A DNA stretch of 64,000 nucleotides, taken from the NCBI GenBank assembly GCA_030390025.1, contig CM059431.1:99078001-99142000 (forward strand). The letters are read 5' to 3'. This stretch comes from Squalus acanthias (Eukaryota). A program made the translations under genes and the position numbers. This document shows positions 39,930-51,865 of this stretch, in pieces; position 1 is the stretch's first letter; each line of letters begins with the position of its first letter. The notes beneath the pieces are model-generated. The model did not search any database and was not told where the DNA came from. It saw only the letters and a program-made list of their open reading frames with translations.

Positions 39930-41190
39930 TTTAAATAAAAACAGACAACGCTGGAAACACTCAGCAGGTCAGGCAGCATCTGTGGAGAGAGAAACAGAGT
40001 CAACGTTTCAGGTCGATGAACTTTCGTCAGAACTGGATTCTTTACTTTACAGCCTTCTGGGCTCAACATTGAGTTCAACAATTTCAGATCAAAACCATCG
40101 CTCCCACTTTTTCGGAGAGCAGTTGCTGTTAATGATTCTGCTGTTGCCATTTACACCTCCTCTAGAGTCATCTTTTGTACCATTACTTGTTCCATTACCA
40201 TCTCCTTCTGCCTCGCACCATCCTCCCTTTAATCTCTCCTGCCTTCCATCCTATCACAGACCTTCCCTTTTGTTCTTTCCTCCCCTCCCCCCTTTCCCTG
40301 CCCCTGCACTTTCTTAAAAACCTGTTACATCTCCAACTTTTCCCTGTTCTGATGAAAGGTCATCGACTTTTTTTAATTCTTTCATGGGATGTGGGTGTCA
40401 CTGGCAAGGCCAGCATTTATTGCCCAGCCCTAGTTGCCCTTGAGAAGGTGGTGGTGAGCTGCCTTCTTGAACAGCTGCAGTCCGTGTGGTGATGGTACTC
40501 CCACAGTGCTGTTAGGGAGGGAGTTCCAGGATTTTGACCCAGCGACGATGAAGGATCGGCGATATATTTCCAAGTCAGGATGGTGTGTGACTTGGAGGGG
40601 AACTTGGAGGTGGTGGTGTTCCCAAGCGCCTGCTGCCTTTGTCCTTCTAGGTGGTAGAGGTCGCGGGTTTGGGAGGTGCTGTCGAAGAAGCCTTGGCGAG
40701 TTGCTGCAGTGCATCTTGTAGATGGTACACACTGCAGCCACGGTACGCCGATGGTGGAGGGAGTGAATGTTTAAGGTGGTGGATGGGCTGCCAATCAAGC
40801 GGGCTGCTTTGTCCTGGATGATGTCGAGCTTCTTGAGTGTTGTTGGAGCTGCACTCATCCAGGCAAGTGGAGAGTATTCCATCACACTCCTTACTTGTGC
40901 CTTGTAGATGGTGGAAAGGCTTTGGGGAGTCAGGAGGTGAGACACTCGCCACAGAATACCCAGCGTCTGACCTGCTCTTGTTGCCACAGTATTTATGTGG
41001 CTGGTCCAGTTAAGTTTCTGGTCAATGGTGAATCCCAGGATGTTGATGGTGGGGGATTCGGCGATGGTAATGTCGTTAAATGTCAATGGGCGGTTAACTC
41101 TGTTTTTCTCTCCACAGATGCTGCCTGACCAGCTGAGTATTTCCAGTAATTTTCTGTCTTTATTTCAGATTTCCAGCATCCGCAGTATTT
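39930..41190. mobile_element. Second Penelope family: inverted 3' ends interrupted by LINE family X (40368-41092, minus strand)
   Basis: Homologous to 53916-54360; the ctgatgaaaggtcatcgac motif breaks at 40368 and resumes at gttaactc (41093). Confidence 0.7.
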
Positions 41191-41199
41191 TACATGATT

Positions 41200-41449
41200 T
41201 AAATGATTATTACATGGTCACTTTAATAGATAGTTTGATATTTCCACAAAACCGTTGTAAATTACACGCATACTTGTTTTAAATTGTACACAAACTAATA
41301 GTGACTGAACTAAGAAAAGGTTCCACAAATGGCGAGCCAGGCATCTCATTGCTGAGCCACTGTCTGCAGACCGAAGCGTATCGCTTCTGCTGGAGCTTCT
41401 GCTGGAGCTTCTGCTGGAGGGCTACGGTCGATTCATTCCTGGAAACGAC
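41200..41449 (-). other. Candidate terminal (3' UTR) exon of the second Ig gene
   Basis: Strong acceptor tatttgttttgtcacag|G at 41449 in unique sequence downstream of the 44390 donor; ATTAAA on the minus strand at 41222-41227. Confidence 0.35.
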
Positions 41450-41549
41450 CTGTGACAAAACAAATATCAACACGTTACCAGCCCCAAACCTGCACCCAGA
41501 GCTTCATCAGAATCAAGACCTGGGACAAAACTACAGACACACTTAAGGA

Positions 41550-43438
41550 TCATTCAAATACCACTCCAGAGACTTGAGCACATAATCCAGGCTGACACTC
41601 CCAGTACAGTACTGAGGGAGCGCCGCACTGTCGGCGGGGCAGTACTGAGGGAGCGCCGCACTGTCGGAGGGACAGTACTGAGGGAGCGCCGCACTGTCGG
41701 CGGGGCAGTACTGAGGGAGCGCCGCACTGTCGGAGGGACAGTACTGAGGGAGCGCCGCACTGTCGGAGGGGCAGTACTGAGGGAGCGTCGCACTGTCGGA
41801 GTGGCAGTACTGAGGGAGCGCTGCACTGTCGGAGGGGCAGTACTGAGGGAGCGCCGCACTGTCGGAGGGGCAGTACTGAGGGAGCGCTGCACCATCGGAG
41901 GGGCAGTACTGAGGGAGCGCTGCACTGTCGGAGGGGCAGTACTGAGGGAGTGCTGCACTGTCGGAGGATCAGTACTGAGGGAGCGCCACACTGTCGGAGG
42001 GGCAGTACTGAGGGAGCGCTGCACTGTCGGAGGGTCAGTACTGAGGGAGCGCCACACTGTCGGAGGGGCAGTACTGAGGGAGTGCTGCACTGTCAGAGGG
42101 TCAGTACTGAGAGAGCCGCACTGTCAGAGGGTCAGTACTGAGGGATGCTGCACTGTCAGAGGGTCAGTACTGAGGGAGCGCCACACTGTCGGAGGGGCAG
42201 TACTGAGGGAGTGCTGCACTGTCAGAGGGTCAGTACTGTGGCAGCGCCGCACTGTCGGAGGGGCAGTACTGAGGGAGCGCCGCACTGTCGGAGGGGCAGT
42301 ACTGAGGGAGCGCCGCACTTTCGAAGGGCATGTACTGAGGGAGTGCTGCACTGTCAGAGGGGCAGTACTGAGGGAGTGCTGCACTGTCGGAGGGTCAGTA
42401 CTGAGGGAGCGCCACACTGTCGGAGGGGCAGTACTGAGGGAGTGCTGCACTGTCAGAGGGTCAGTACTGAGGGAGTGCCGCACTGTCGGAGGGGCAGTAC
42501 TGAGGGAGCGCCGCACTGTCGGAGGGGCAGTACTGAGGGAGCGCCGCACTTTCGAAGGGCTTGTACTGAGGGAGCGCTGCACTGTCGGAGGGGCAGTACT
42601 GAGGGGGTGCTGCACTGTCAGAGGGTCAGTACTGAGGGAGCGCCACACTGTCGGAGGGGCAGTACTGAGGGAGTGCTGCACTGTCAGAGGGTCAGTACTG
42701 AGGGAGCGCCACACTGTCGGAGGGGCAGTACTGAGGGGGTGCTGCACTGTCAGAGGGTCAGTACTGAGGGAGTGCCGCACTGTCGGAGGGGCAGTACTGA
42801 GGGAGCGCCGCACTGTCGGAGGGGCAGTACTGAGGGAGCGCCGCACTTTCGAAGGGCTTGTACTGAGGGAGCGCTGCACTGTCGGAGGGGCAGTACTGAG
42901 GGGGTGCTGCACTGTCAGAGGGTCAGTACTGAGGGAGCGCCACACTGTCGGAGGGTCAGTACTGAGGGAGTGCTGCACTGTCGGAGGGGGCAGTACTGAG
43001 GGAGTGCCGCACTGTCGGAGGGGCAGTACTGAGGGAGCGCTGCACTGTCGGAGGGGCAGTACTGAGGGAGCGCTGCACTCTCTGAGGCGCAGTACTGAGG
43101 GAGCGCCGCACTGTCGAAGGGGCAGTACTGAGGGAGCGCCGCACTGTCGGAGGCGCAGTACTGAGGGAGCGCCGCACTGTCGAAGGGGCAGTACTGAGGG
43201 AGTGCTGCACTGTCGGAGGGGCAGTACTGAGGGAGCGCTGCACTATCAGAGGGGCAGTACTGAGGGAGTGCTGTTCTGTCAGAGGTGCCGTCTTTCGGAT
43301 GAGACATTAAACCGAGGCCCCGTCTGCTCTCTTAGCTGGACGTAAACGATCCCATGGCACTATTTTGGAGACGAGATGTCCTGGGGCCAATATTGATCCC
43401 TCAACCAACATCACTAAAACAGATTGTCTGGTCATTTT
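41550..43438 (+). mobile_element. SINE family A with the largest 33-bp array (about 41608-43283, roughly 50 units)
   Basis: Partial head, array with higher-order repeats of variant units, body. Confidence 0.9.
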
Positions 43439-44393
43439 CTGATGACATGGATTAGAGTTTTACAAGCTGCTCCTTGTGATCTTGAGAATAAGGGTTATTT
43501 GGGCACACTAGATTATGATGAGTTCTGCTAACAGTGCCATACCTGTGAGTGTGACAAAACAATTGTTTGAGTCTTAACAGGGGCTATTTCATTATCTTTC
43601 TGTCTGTACATTGATCCCTGGTCTCCATTACGCTGTTCCTGGGTGTGTCCCCGGTGTCCATGTTACTATCTCTATTGATAGTAAAGAAAGAAAGAAAGTC
43701 TTGCATTTCTCTAGCCCCTTTCACGTCCTCAGGACGTCGCAAAGCGCTTTACAGCCAATGAAGCACTTTTGAAGTGTAGTCACTGTTGTAATGTAGGAAA
43801 CACGGCAGCCAATTTGCGCACAGCAAGCTCCCACAAACAGCAATGTGATAATGACCAGATAATCTGTTTTTTTAAGTGATGTTGGTTGTGGGATAAATAT
43901 TGGCCAGTACGCCGGGGAGAACTCCCCTGCTCTTTTAACTAGACAACAGTATCTAAAACATTGGTGGCAATAAGTAAAACCGGATATTAACAAGGTACAG
44001 GATTAATAGTTGCAAAATTAGTTTCAGCAGCCCCTCCCAAACCCCCGACCTCCACCACCTAGAAGGACAAGGGCAGCAGGCGCATGGGAACACCACCACC
44101 TCCAAGTTCCCCTCCAAGTCACACACCATCCTGACTTGGAAATATATCGTCCGTTCCTTCATCGTCGCTGGGCCTAAATCCTGGAACTCCCTCCCTAACA
44201 GCACTGTGGGAGCACCTTCACCACACGGACTGCAGCGGTTCAAGAAGGCGGCTCACCACCACCTTCTCGAGGGCAGTTAGGGCTGGGCACATTCCGAGAC
44301 TGAATCAGTTAAATGGATATTGTTGGGAGAACTGATACAGTAAAATTATAGCCATAATTGTGACATTGCGAAGTAATTCTTTCACTTACCTGT

Positions 44394-44518
44394 TCAAAAA
44401 TTTAACGCAGTGACACACTGCAGAATGAACATTAATACCCACAGTGTATGCACAGAAATCTCAAGGGTTTTCATCCCACTGTTTTCAGCAGCCAGGTCTA
44501 CTTCCTCCTGAAGTTTTC
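44394..44518 (-). CDS. C-terminal exon of the second Ig gene, GPI-anchor-signal-like tail
   Basis: Acceptor aataatacag|GA in phase 1 with the Ig exon 2 kb upstream (A+GA=Arg). Reads RKLQEEVDLAAENSGMKTLEISVHTLWVLMFILQCVTALNF-stop. Strong donor ACAG|gtaagt 4 nt after the stop (exon end 44390). Confidence 0.7.
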
Positions 44519-44627
44519 CTGTATTATTTAGGAAAGTGGAGAAATTAGTTTAATGCTGCAGGTACCTTGGAATCCTTAGAATCAAATATGGGGAAGTGGT
44601 CAACATAGGCACACCATGAAGTGAATT

Positions 44628-45040
44628 AGAGGCTTGTATTCCCTGGAGTGTAGAAGATTAAGGGGTGATCTAATCGAGGTGTTTAAGATGATTAAAGGAG
44701 TTGACAGTGTAGAGAGAGAGAAACTATTTCCTCTGGTGGGGGGAGTCCAGAACAAGGGGGCATCACCTTAAAATTAGAGCCAGGCCGTTCAGGGGTGATG
44801 TCAGGAAGCACTTCTTCACACAAAGGCTGGCGGAAATCTGGAACTCTCTCCCCAAAAAGCTGTTGAGGCTGGGGGTCAATTGGAAATTTCAAAACTGAGA
44901 CTGATAGATTTTTGTTGGGTAAGGGTATTAAGGGATACGGAACCAAGGCGGGTAGATGGAGTTAAGACACAGGTCAGCCAGGATCTGATTGAAGGGTGGA
45001 ACAGGCGCGAGGGGCTGAGTGGCTCCTCCTGTTCCTGTGT
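44628..45040 (+). mobile_element. CR1 3' fragment
   Basis: CR1 ORF2 end and 3' UTR. Confidence 0.8.
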
Positions 45041-45302
45041 AAATTGTTGATGGTGAGGGAAGGTTCTATAGATTGCCAACTACTTGTAAATCCTCGACTC
45101 TTTCCCTTGGTCAGAAGAAACCCACAGGAAACGATTGGTTTTCTATCTTGGATCAATGTTGCAAGTGTGCTCTTGAGATTGTCCAAGAAGAGTTTGGGGA
45201 AATTATAGTCAGGGGAACCTTTTTGGATAATTGGAGCTGACAAACATTTCACTGCAGGGATTGGTGTTCTGGGAGAGACTGTGACTATACGCAGTGTTTA
45301 AA

Positions 45303-45752
45303 TAGAATGTACAGCACAGAAACAGGCCATTTGGCCTGACTGGTCCGTGCCGGTGTTTATGCTCCACTCGAGCCTCCTCCCACCCCTCTTCATCTCACCC
45401 CATCAACATATCCTTCTATTCCTTTCTCCCTCATGTGTTTATCCAGCTTCTCCTTAAATGCATCTACGCTATTCGCCTCAACCACTCCCTGTGGTAGCGA
45501 GTTCCACATTCTAACCACTCTCTGGGTAAAGAAGTTTCTCCTGAATTCCCTATTGGATTTATTAGTGACTATCTCATATTGATGGCCCCTAGTTCTGGTC
45601 TCCCCCACAAGTGGAAACATCTTCTCTGTGTCTACCCTATCGAACCCCTTCAGAATTTTAAAGACCTCGATCAGGTCACCCCTCAGTCTTCGGTTTTCTG
45701 GAGAAAAGAGCCCCAGCCCGTTCAATCTTTCCTGATAGTTAGAGCCTCTCAG
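45303..45752 (-). mobile_element. CR1 3' fragment
   Basis: [20 protein letters not shown]...GIEGYVDGVR. Confidence 0.85.
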
Positions 45753-45776
45753 TGCCCAGAACAGCAAAATATATAT

Positions 45777-46480
45777 TTTTTAATTCATTCTCGGGATGTG
45801 GGCGTCACCGGCAAGGCCAGCATTTATTGCCCATCCCTAATTGCCCTCGAGAAGGTGGTGGTGAGCCGCCTTCTTGAACCGCAGAGGGCAGTTTAAAGTT
45901 AACCACATTGCCGTGGGTCTGGAGTCATATATAGGCCAGGTCGGGTAAGGACGGCAGATTTCCTTCCCTGAAGGACATTAGTGAACCAGATGGGTTTTTA
46001 CAACAATCCGGTAGTTACATTACTGATTCTAGCTTTTTATTCCAGATTTATTTAATTAACTGAACTCTGCTTTGCTTCACAAAAACAAAACAAACCTAGA
46101 AGTAAAGGGAATTAAGGGTTACGGGGAGCGGGCAGGAATTTGGACATGAGTCTAGGTTCGGATCGGTCATGGCCCTGTGGGTAGCGTAGCGGGCCCAGGG
46201 GCCGTGTAGCCTGATCCTGCTCCTATTTCGTGTGTCCAATTCTGTTAGGTTCAGGAGATGGTTCTGTGAGAGTAGATTGGCAGTTAAGATCAGATCAGCC
46301 ATGATCTTATTGAATGGCGGAGCAGGCTCGAGGGGCCAATTGGCCTACTCCTGCTCCTATTTCTTATGTTCTTATGTTAAATTCCCCAGCTGCCGTGGTG
46401 GGATTTGAACTCATGGCTCTGGATCATTAGTCCAGGCCCCTGGATTGCTAGCCCAGCGACATTACCACTGTGCTACCATA
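45777..46480 (-). mobile_element. SINE family B, near complete, with CR1 tails nested (about 46066-46378)
   Basis: tRNA-like head tggtagcacagtggt...gagttcaaatccc near 46480, core and LINE-X-like tail. Confidence 0.75.
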
Positions 46481-46576
46481 CTCGTAAATATAATCTTGTT
46501 TGCACATCTGCCTGGTTGAATATGCAATTACTAGTAATGCAATTAAATTGCTGGTGTACGAAGTTAGTCTACTTAC

Positions 46577-46936
46577 TCCGAACCGTTAAGGTGATGATGT
46601 GTCCATGTGCTGAAATTGACATGGCGCCAGTTATCTTGGCCTGGCACTGATAGCGTCCACTATCTGATTGATCCAGCTTTAAAAACCGAAGGAAGGCAAT
46701 CAGCTCAATGCTCTCATCTTCTTGTGGCTTTGGCTCTGTGAAGCCAACTTCATAGTTATGGTCATCTTCTATTCCAGAACATTCACTTCCTCCGATCAAT
46801 TTCTTACACCAGCGAATATCAGGCCTTTCATTCTTCGAGCTGTTGTAATTCACGGTGCAGTTCAAAGTCAGTCTCCTTCCTTCATCAATCTCAATGTGCG
46901 CTGATTTGTAGATGACCTGCAATGACCCTTCATACT
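46577..46936 (-). CDS. Ig-domain exon of a second BTLA/CD160-family gene
   Basis: 360-nt phase 1-1 exon, acceptor cctattcttcacag|AG and donor CGGA|gtaagt. EYEGSLQVIYKS...EGRRLTLNCTV...IRWCKKLIGGSEC...DSGRYQCQAK...AHGHIITLTVR; four Cys, canonical DxGxYxC. Confidence 0.85.
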
Positions 46937-47460
46937 CTGTGAAGAATAGGAAATGGCCGTGAGTGCCTGAGTACAGTGCAGAGCTATTCATTGCGAGGTG
47001 TGTGCTCCCGACTTGGAGTCACACTGGTTCAGCGATAGGACCATGGCGGGGGTGGGGGGTTGGTTTTGCATGAATTGGTGGCTCGTGGCTCGAGTTTTGT
47101 GTCGTGGGATCTGTTTGAGCTCCATAATACTCGATGTGCTCTCGGACTTCAAGGTCTGACCCAGAACCCACTGCCCTGCAGTTAATTATTGCAAGCCTAA
47201 AACTGACGACATTGAAATCTATTAAACAATGACCAGAAATAATATCAAAATACTCATTGAAGGGAAGGGAGAAACAGGATGTAAAGACAGGGATGGAGTA
47301 AAATGACGGGAGAAAGAGCGGTTTCTCCTCATCACAAAGCGGATTAAAAGCTAAATCTTCCTGCCTCTATATGGTCTCAGTTGCTTCAATATGTTTTTTT
47401 CTATAAAACTGACTCTCCTCTTTGTCCGAGTGTGAATGTTGACACGCACAGCACTCAGGA

Positions 47461-47855
47461 ATGGGTCGCCAACCCTCCAGGATTGTACTGGAGTCTCCAG
47501 AAATTAACAATTAATCTCCTCCGAGCAACTCGGGAGAAAAATCATAGGGACATAAAATTAAAAAATTGTGTGTTTTTTCTCTTCCATTTTCCTTTTTCTG
47601 TTAGTTATAAAAATATTGGAGATGGTGGTGGGGGCGGGGAAAGAGTGTTTGACTGACAGTCGACCATCATCCAATTGGGTAACGAGGAGTCTGTTCGCTT
47701 TCCGATTGGCCGTGGGAAGGCAGGGCACCGCGAGGATGGACGTGTCGGGCGACCAATGGTGGGAGAGCGTGGAGCGGGGCGGTTGGAGGTTGGGGGCGGG
47801 GGGGCTATGACATGAAACCTCCAGGGATACGTCAACCCATAGTTGCCGACCCCCT
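47461..47855. mobile_element. hAT-type MITE with 8-bp TSD
   Basis: gggtcgccaac ... gttgccgaccc TIRs; actcagga at 47453-47460 and 47856-47863. Confidence 0.85.
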
Positions 47856-50800
47856 ACTCAGGAGAGATGTGATAGCAGCGTGCAGAGTAAATACTAGACC
47901 CGTGAGAAGAGATTCAGCAGGGACAGACTCAGGGTGCCGTGAGGTCTTTGGGAAGGGCCTGCCTCCTGCCTGGGCATGTGGGGGGGGGGTGGGAGGGTGG
48001 GGGGGCGGTTGGGGGGGGTGGCGGGATTATGTTTTTCATTGTCCCCAGCTCGGGGAAGTAAGAGACAGCTATAGAGGCAGGTCTGTGGTAGCATAAGTGA
48101 TCAGTTTTAATCGAGGACTTTCACCAGCACTATAAACGCTGGGATAGCCCTGTCTCCGTTTTGGATCCAGCACGATACTCCTTATAAAAAGGAGCATTAT
48201 CAAGGCAAGATACACACGCAATAAACACCCTGCAAAGTAATTTAATTTCACCTGCAGCAATTAAGTTAAAATCTATTGAGAGAAACAAAGTACGAGGGGG
48301 GGGAATGTAACCTGAATATTGTCGCAGGCCAACTGACAATTGGTCAGAAGGAATGTCAATCATTCCAATCAGCCCACCGATTGGTTGTCTGGTCGTCGCT
48401 GTAGCTGACAGTTCTTAATAAGTTGTAGAATCACGGACTCGTACAGTAGAGAGGGAGGCCATTCGGCCCATTGTGGCTGTGCCGGCTCTTTGAAAGAGCT
48501 CTCCAATTAGTCCCACTCCCCCTGCTCTTTCCCCATAGCCCTGCAAACTTCTCCTTTTCAATTCCCCTTTGAAAGTTATTATTGAATCTGCTTCCACCGC
48601 CCTTTCAGGCAGCGCGTTCCAGATCACAACAACTCGCTGCGTAAAATGAGTCACGTCATTACCGTGGTCTGGTACTGGTCTCGATGAGATCAGATATTCA
48701 ATGGCGGGTGGCTTCATATGTCCGCGGTCAGGCAGTGGTGTGTAGTGGGGATCTTAAGTAACAGGAAAATAAGGAAAAAGAGGGGGAAGAAAACAGATAG
48801 AGCAGGGGGATGGACAATCCCCGTATTAGCTGCGCGGAATAAAACCAACAACAGAACAGTTATGACTGGGGAAAATTACGTTAAAATCACCTTATTTGTG
48901 TGATATCTATAATGAGTGTAAATAGAAAGTAACTCACAAACTGTGAGAAAAAAACAAATGAAATGTCTTTCTATTAATACTCCCCAGATCTCATGGGGGT
49001 GACCTGCAGGAGATCGCTCCCAGCTAATGATTGCAGCCACACAAGATTGAGATGGTTGAGAATTCACGGCATGAAATCAGGAGGGGTTTTGATACAGTTG
49101 ATAGGATTACACGGGATATACGGCACAGAAACAGGCCATTCGGCCCAACCAGTCCATGCCGGCGTTTATGCTCCATCCGAGCCTCCTCCCGTCTTTCCTC
49201 ATCTAAATCTATCAGCGTAACCCTCTATTCCCTTCTCCCTCATATGCTTGTCCAGCCTCCCCTTAAATGCATCTATACTATTCGCTTCAACCACTCCCTG
49301 TGGGAGCGAGTTCCACATTCTCACCATTCTCTGGGTAAAGAAGTTTCTTCTGAATTCCCGATTGGATTTCTTGGTGACTATTTTATATTGATGGCCTTTA
49401 GTTATGCTCTTCCCCACAAGGAGAAACTGTTTCCAGTGGCAGGAGGGTCGGTAACCAGAGGACACAGATTGAAGGTGATTGGCAAAAGACCCAGAGGGGA
49501 GATGAGGAGAATATTTTTACACAGCGAGTTGTTGTGATCTGGAATGCGCTGCCTGAAAGGGCGGTGGAAGCCAATTCAATAGTAACTTTCAAAAGGGAAT
49601 TGGATAAATAATTAAAAAGGAAAAATTTGCAGGGCTACGGGGAAAGAGCAGGGGGAGTGGGACTAATTGGAGAGCTCTTTCAAAGAGCCGGCACAGGCAC
49701 GATGGGCCGAATGGCCTCCTGCTGTGCTGTAAGATTCTAATGCCTATGGACTGTAAGATTAGGATCACAGGTCACACACAGATTACCCAAAGGGTCTTAG
49801 GAGTTGTAATGCTTTTTATTAAAGAGCTACAGTTTAAAGCATCATCAGATATTACATGTGGTTTAAGCTGAGTATAATAGACATACAACCCGTGACAGTA
49901 GAGAGCGATCTACGACTCCCGAAGCGGAATGCCACGACCGGATGGACGGATAGATGCCCGTGTTAATACCGTCAATATCGTGCTAGTGATAGCTTCCAGT
50001 TTATTACAGAAATCTGCAATAGGCTGTGAAAGACACACCTCAAAAGCAATAGAGTTTGTCCTTTAAAAAAACAACGTACATAGTTTTATATATATTGTGT
50101 TTGTGATCTGGGTGATCGCGGCTCCGTGGGCAGCTCTCTCGCCTCTGAGTCCGAAGGTTGTGGATTCCACTCCAGAGACTTGAGCACAAAATCCAGACCG
50201 ACACAATTACATCCACTTGGGGAACTGGAGGGGCGCAGAGATCTCGGAGGGTCGGAGGAGGTTACAGAGATAGGGAAGGGCGAGGCCATAGAGGGATTTG
50301 AACATAAGGATGAGAACTTTAAATTCGAGGCGTTGCCGGACTGGGAACCAATGTAGGTCAGCGAGCACAGGGGTGATGGGTGAACGGGACTTGGTGCGAG
50401 GGCAGCAGAGTTTTGGATGGTACAAACAAGGTCTGAAGAGGAATTTCAAGGCTATGAACTGATTTGGAGGCTGAGAGGGCAATAATAAACCACTTGAGCT
50501 TTGCTCTTTGAGTTTATGATGTGATTAGAACTCCTTGATAAGATTTTTCAGCCAGTTATTGAGTACCTTCTGACACACAACACAAGGAGTGAAGATTATA
50601 GTTAGATTGTTTTAAAGCAAAGGTGCTTAATAGCAATTCTAATTATTTCACCCAATATTAGTCAACGGTATGCAAAATATGATTAAAAATAGAATTTTCT
50701 ACCATCCAATGTCACCAAACTGTGTAAAAGATCTCAGTCCACTGAATGAGTAAAAGTTAAATGGGGTGAATATAATAAATCCAATGTGGAATTCAGGAGA

Positions 50801-51865
50801 AACATCTTCATCCAGAGAGCGGTGAGAATGTGGAACTCGCTGCCACAGGGAGTGGTTGAGGCAAATAGCATCGATACATTTAAGGGGAAGCTGGATAAAC
50901 ACATGAGGGAGAAGGGAATAGAAGGATATGTTGATAGGGTGAGATGAAGAGGGGTGGGAGGAGGCTCATGTGGAGCAGAAACACCGGCACGGACCAGTTG
51001 GGCCGAATGGCCTGTTTCTGTGCTGCACATTCCATGTCATTCTATGAATTGGCTCCTGAGGCAGGGATTAGACCCCCTGAAGTGACTATCAGGTATTTAG
51101 ACAACAACGACTTTCATTTATATAGCGCATTTAACGTAGTAAAACATCCCAAGTTGTTTCACAGGCACGCTATCAAACCAAATAAGACATTAGGGCAGGT
51201 GACCAAAAGCTTGGTCAAAGGAGTAGGTTTTAAGGAGCGTCTTAATGGAGGAGAGTGAGGCGGAGCGGTTCTGGGATGGAGAGGCCATTGAGGACCACAG
51301 GGTTTTATTGGATGATGGCCATTTAGACCTTGCTCCAGGGCACGAATACCCCATTTATGGGGCTGGTCTCACCCTCAGACCCTCCCAGGGTTGAGCAGCA
51401 CTCGCGAGGGAAGCACTGATGGGGAATCACAGGTACACAGATCCTCATTTCCCACCCATTTCAGCAGCAGGTGGGCTGAGGCAGGGGCAGAGAGCAGCGA
51501 TGTTATGGAGGTGGTCTTTGCCTTAGTTATATGTTTGCCTTCCTGGACTGTCCCACGTAACCCAGTGCAAATTATATCAGAAGTTACCAAGCCCAAAACT
51601 TGGGCACTGGGATACATTAATGAACACCTTATCTAATTAACAACATCTGTGATAAAACAATGAATCACAAGGTTAAGTGCCGAGGGTTACGTAAAGCAAT
51701 TGGATATGTACTATTACTCAAAATTCCAAAGGCAAAACACTGGAAATCTGAAATAGAAACAGAAAATGCTGGAAAGACTCAGCAGGTCAGGCAGCATCTG
51801 TGGAGAGAGAAACAGAGTTAACGTTTCAGGTCGATGACCCTTTCGTCACAATTGGAAAAAAGGAA

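Noticed and set aside
41608..43283. 33-bp arrays as CRISPR arrays or repeat-protein genes (ORFs up to 514 aa)
   Set aside because: Units are contiguous without unique spacers, lie inside SINEs in a eukaryotic context, and are open in several frames on both strands.
48938..49003. Possible exon ending GTTT|gtgagt as leader of the upstream Ig gene
   Set aside because: Joining T to the Ig exon start AG creates a TAG stop.
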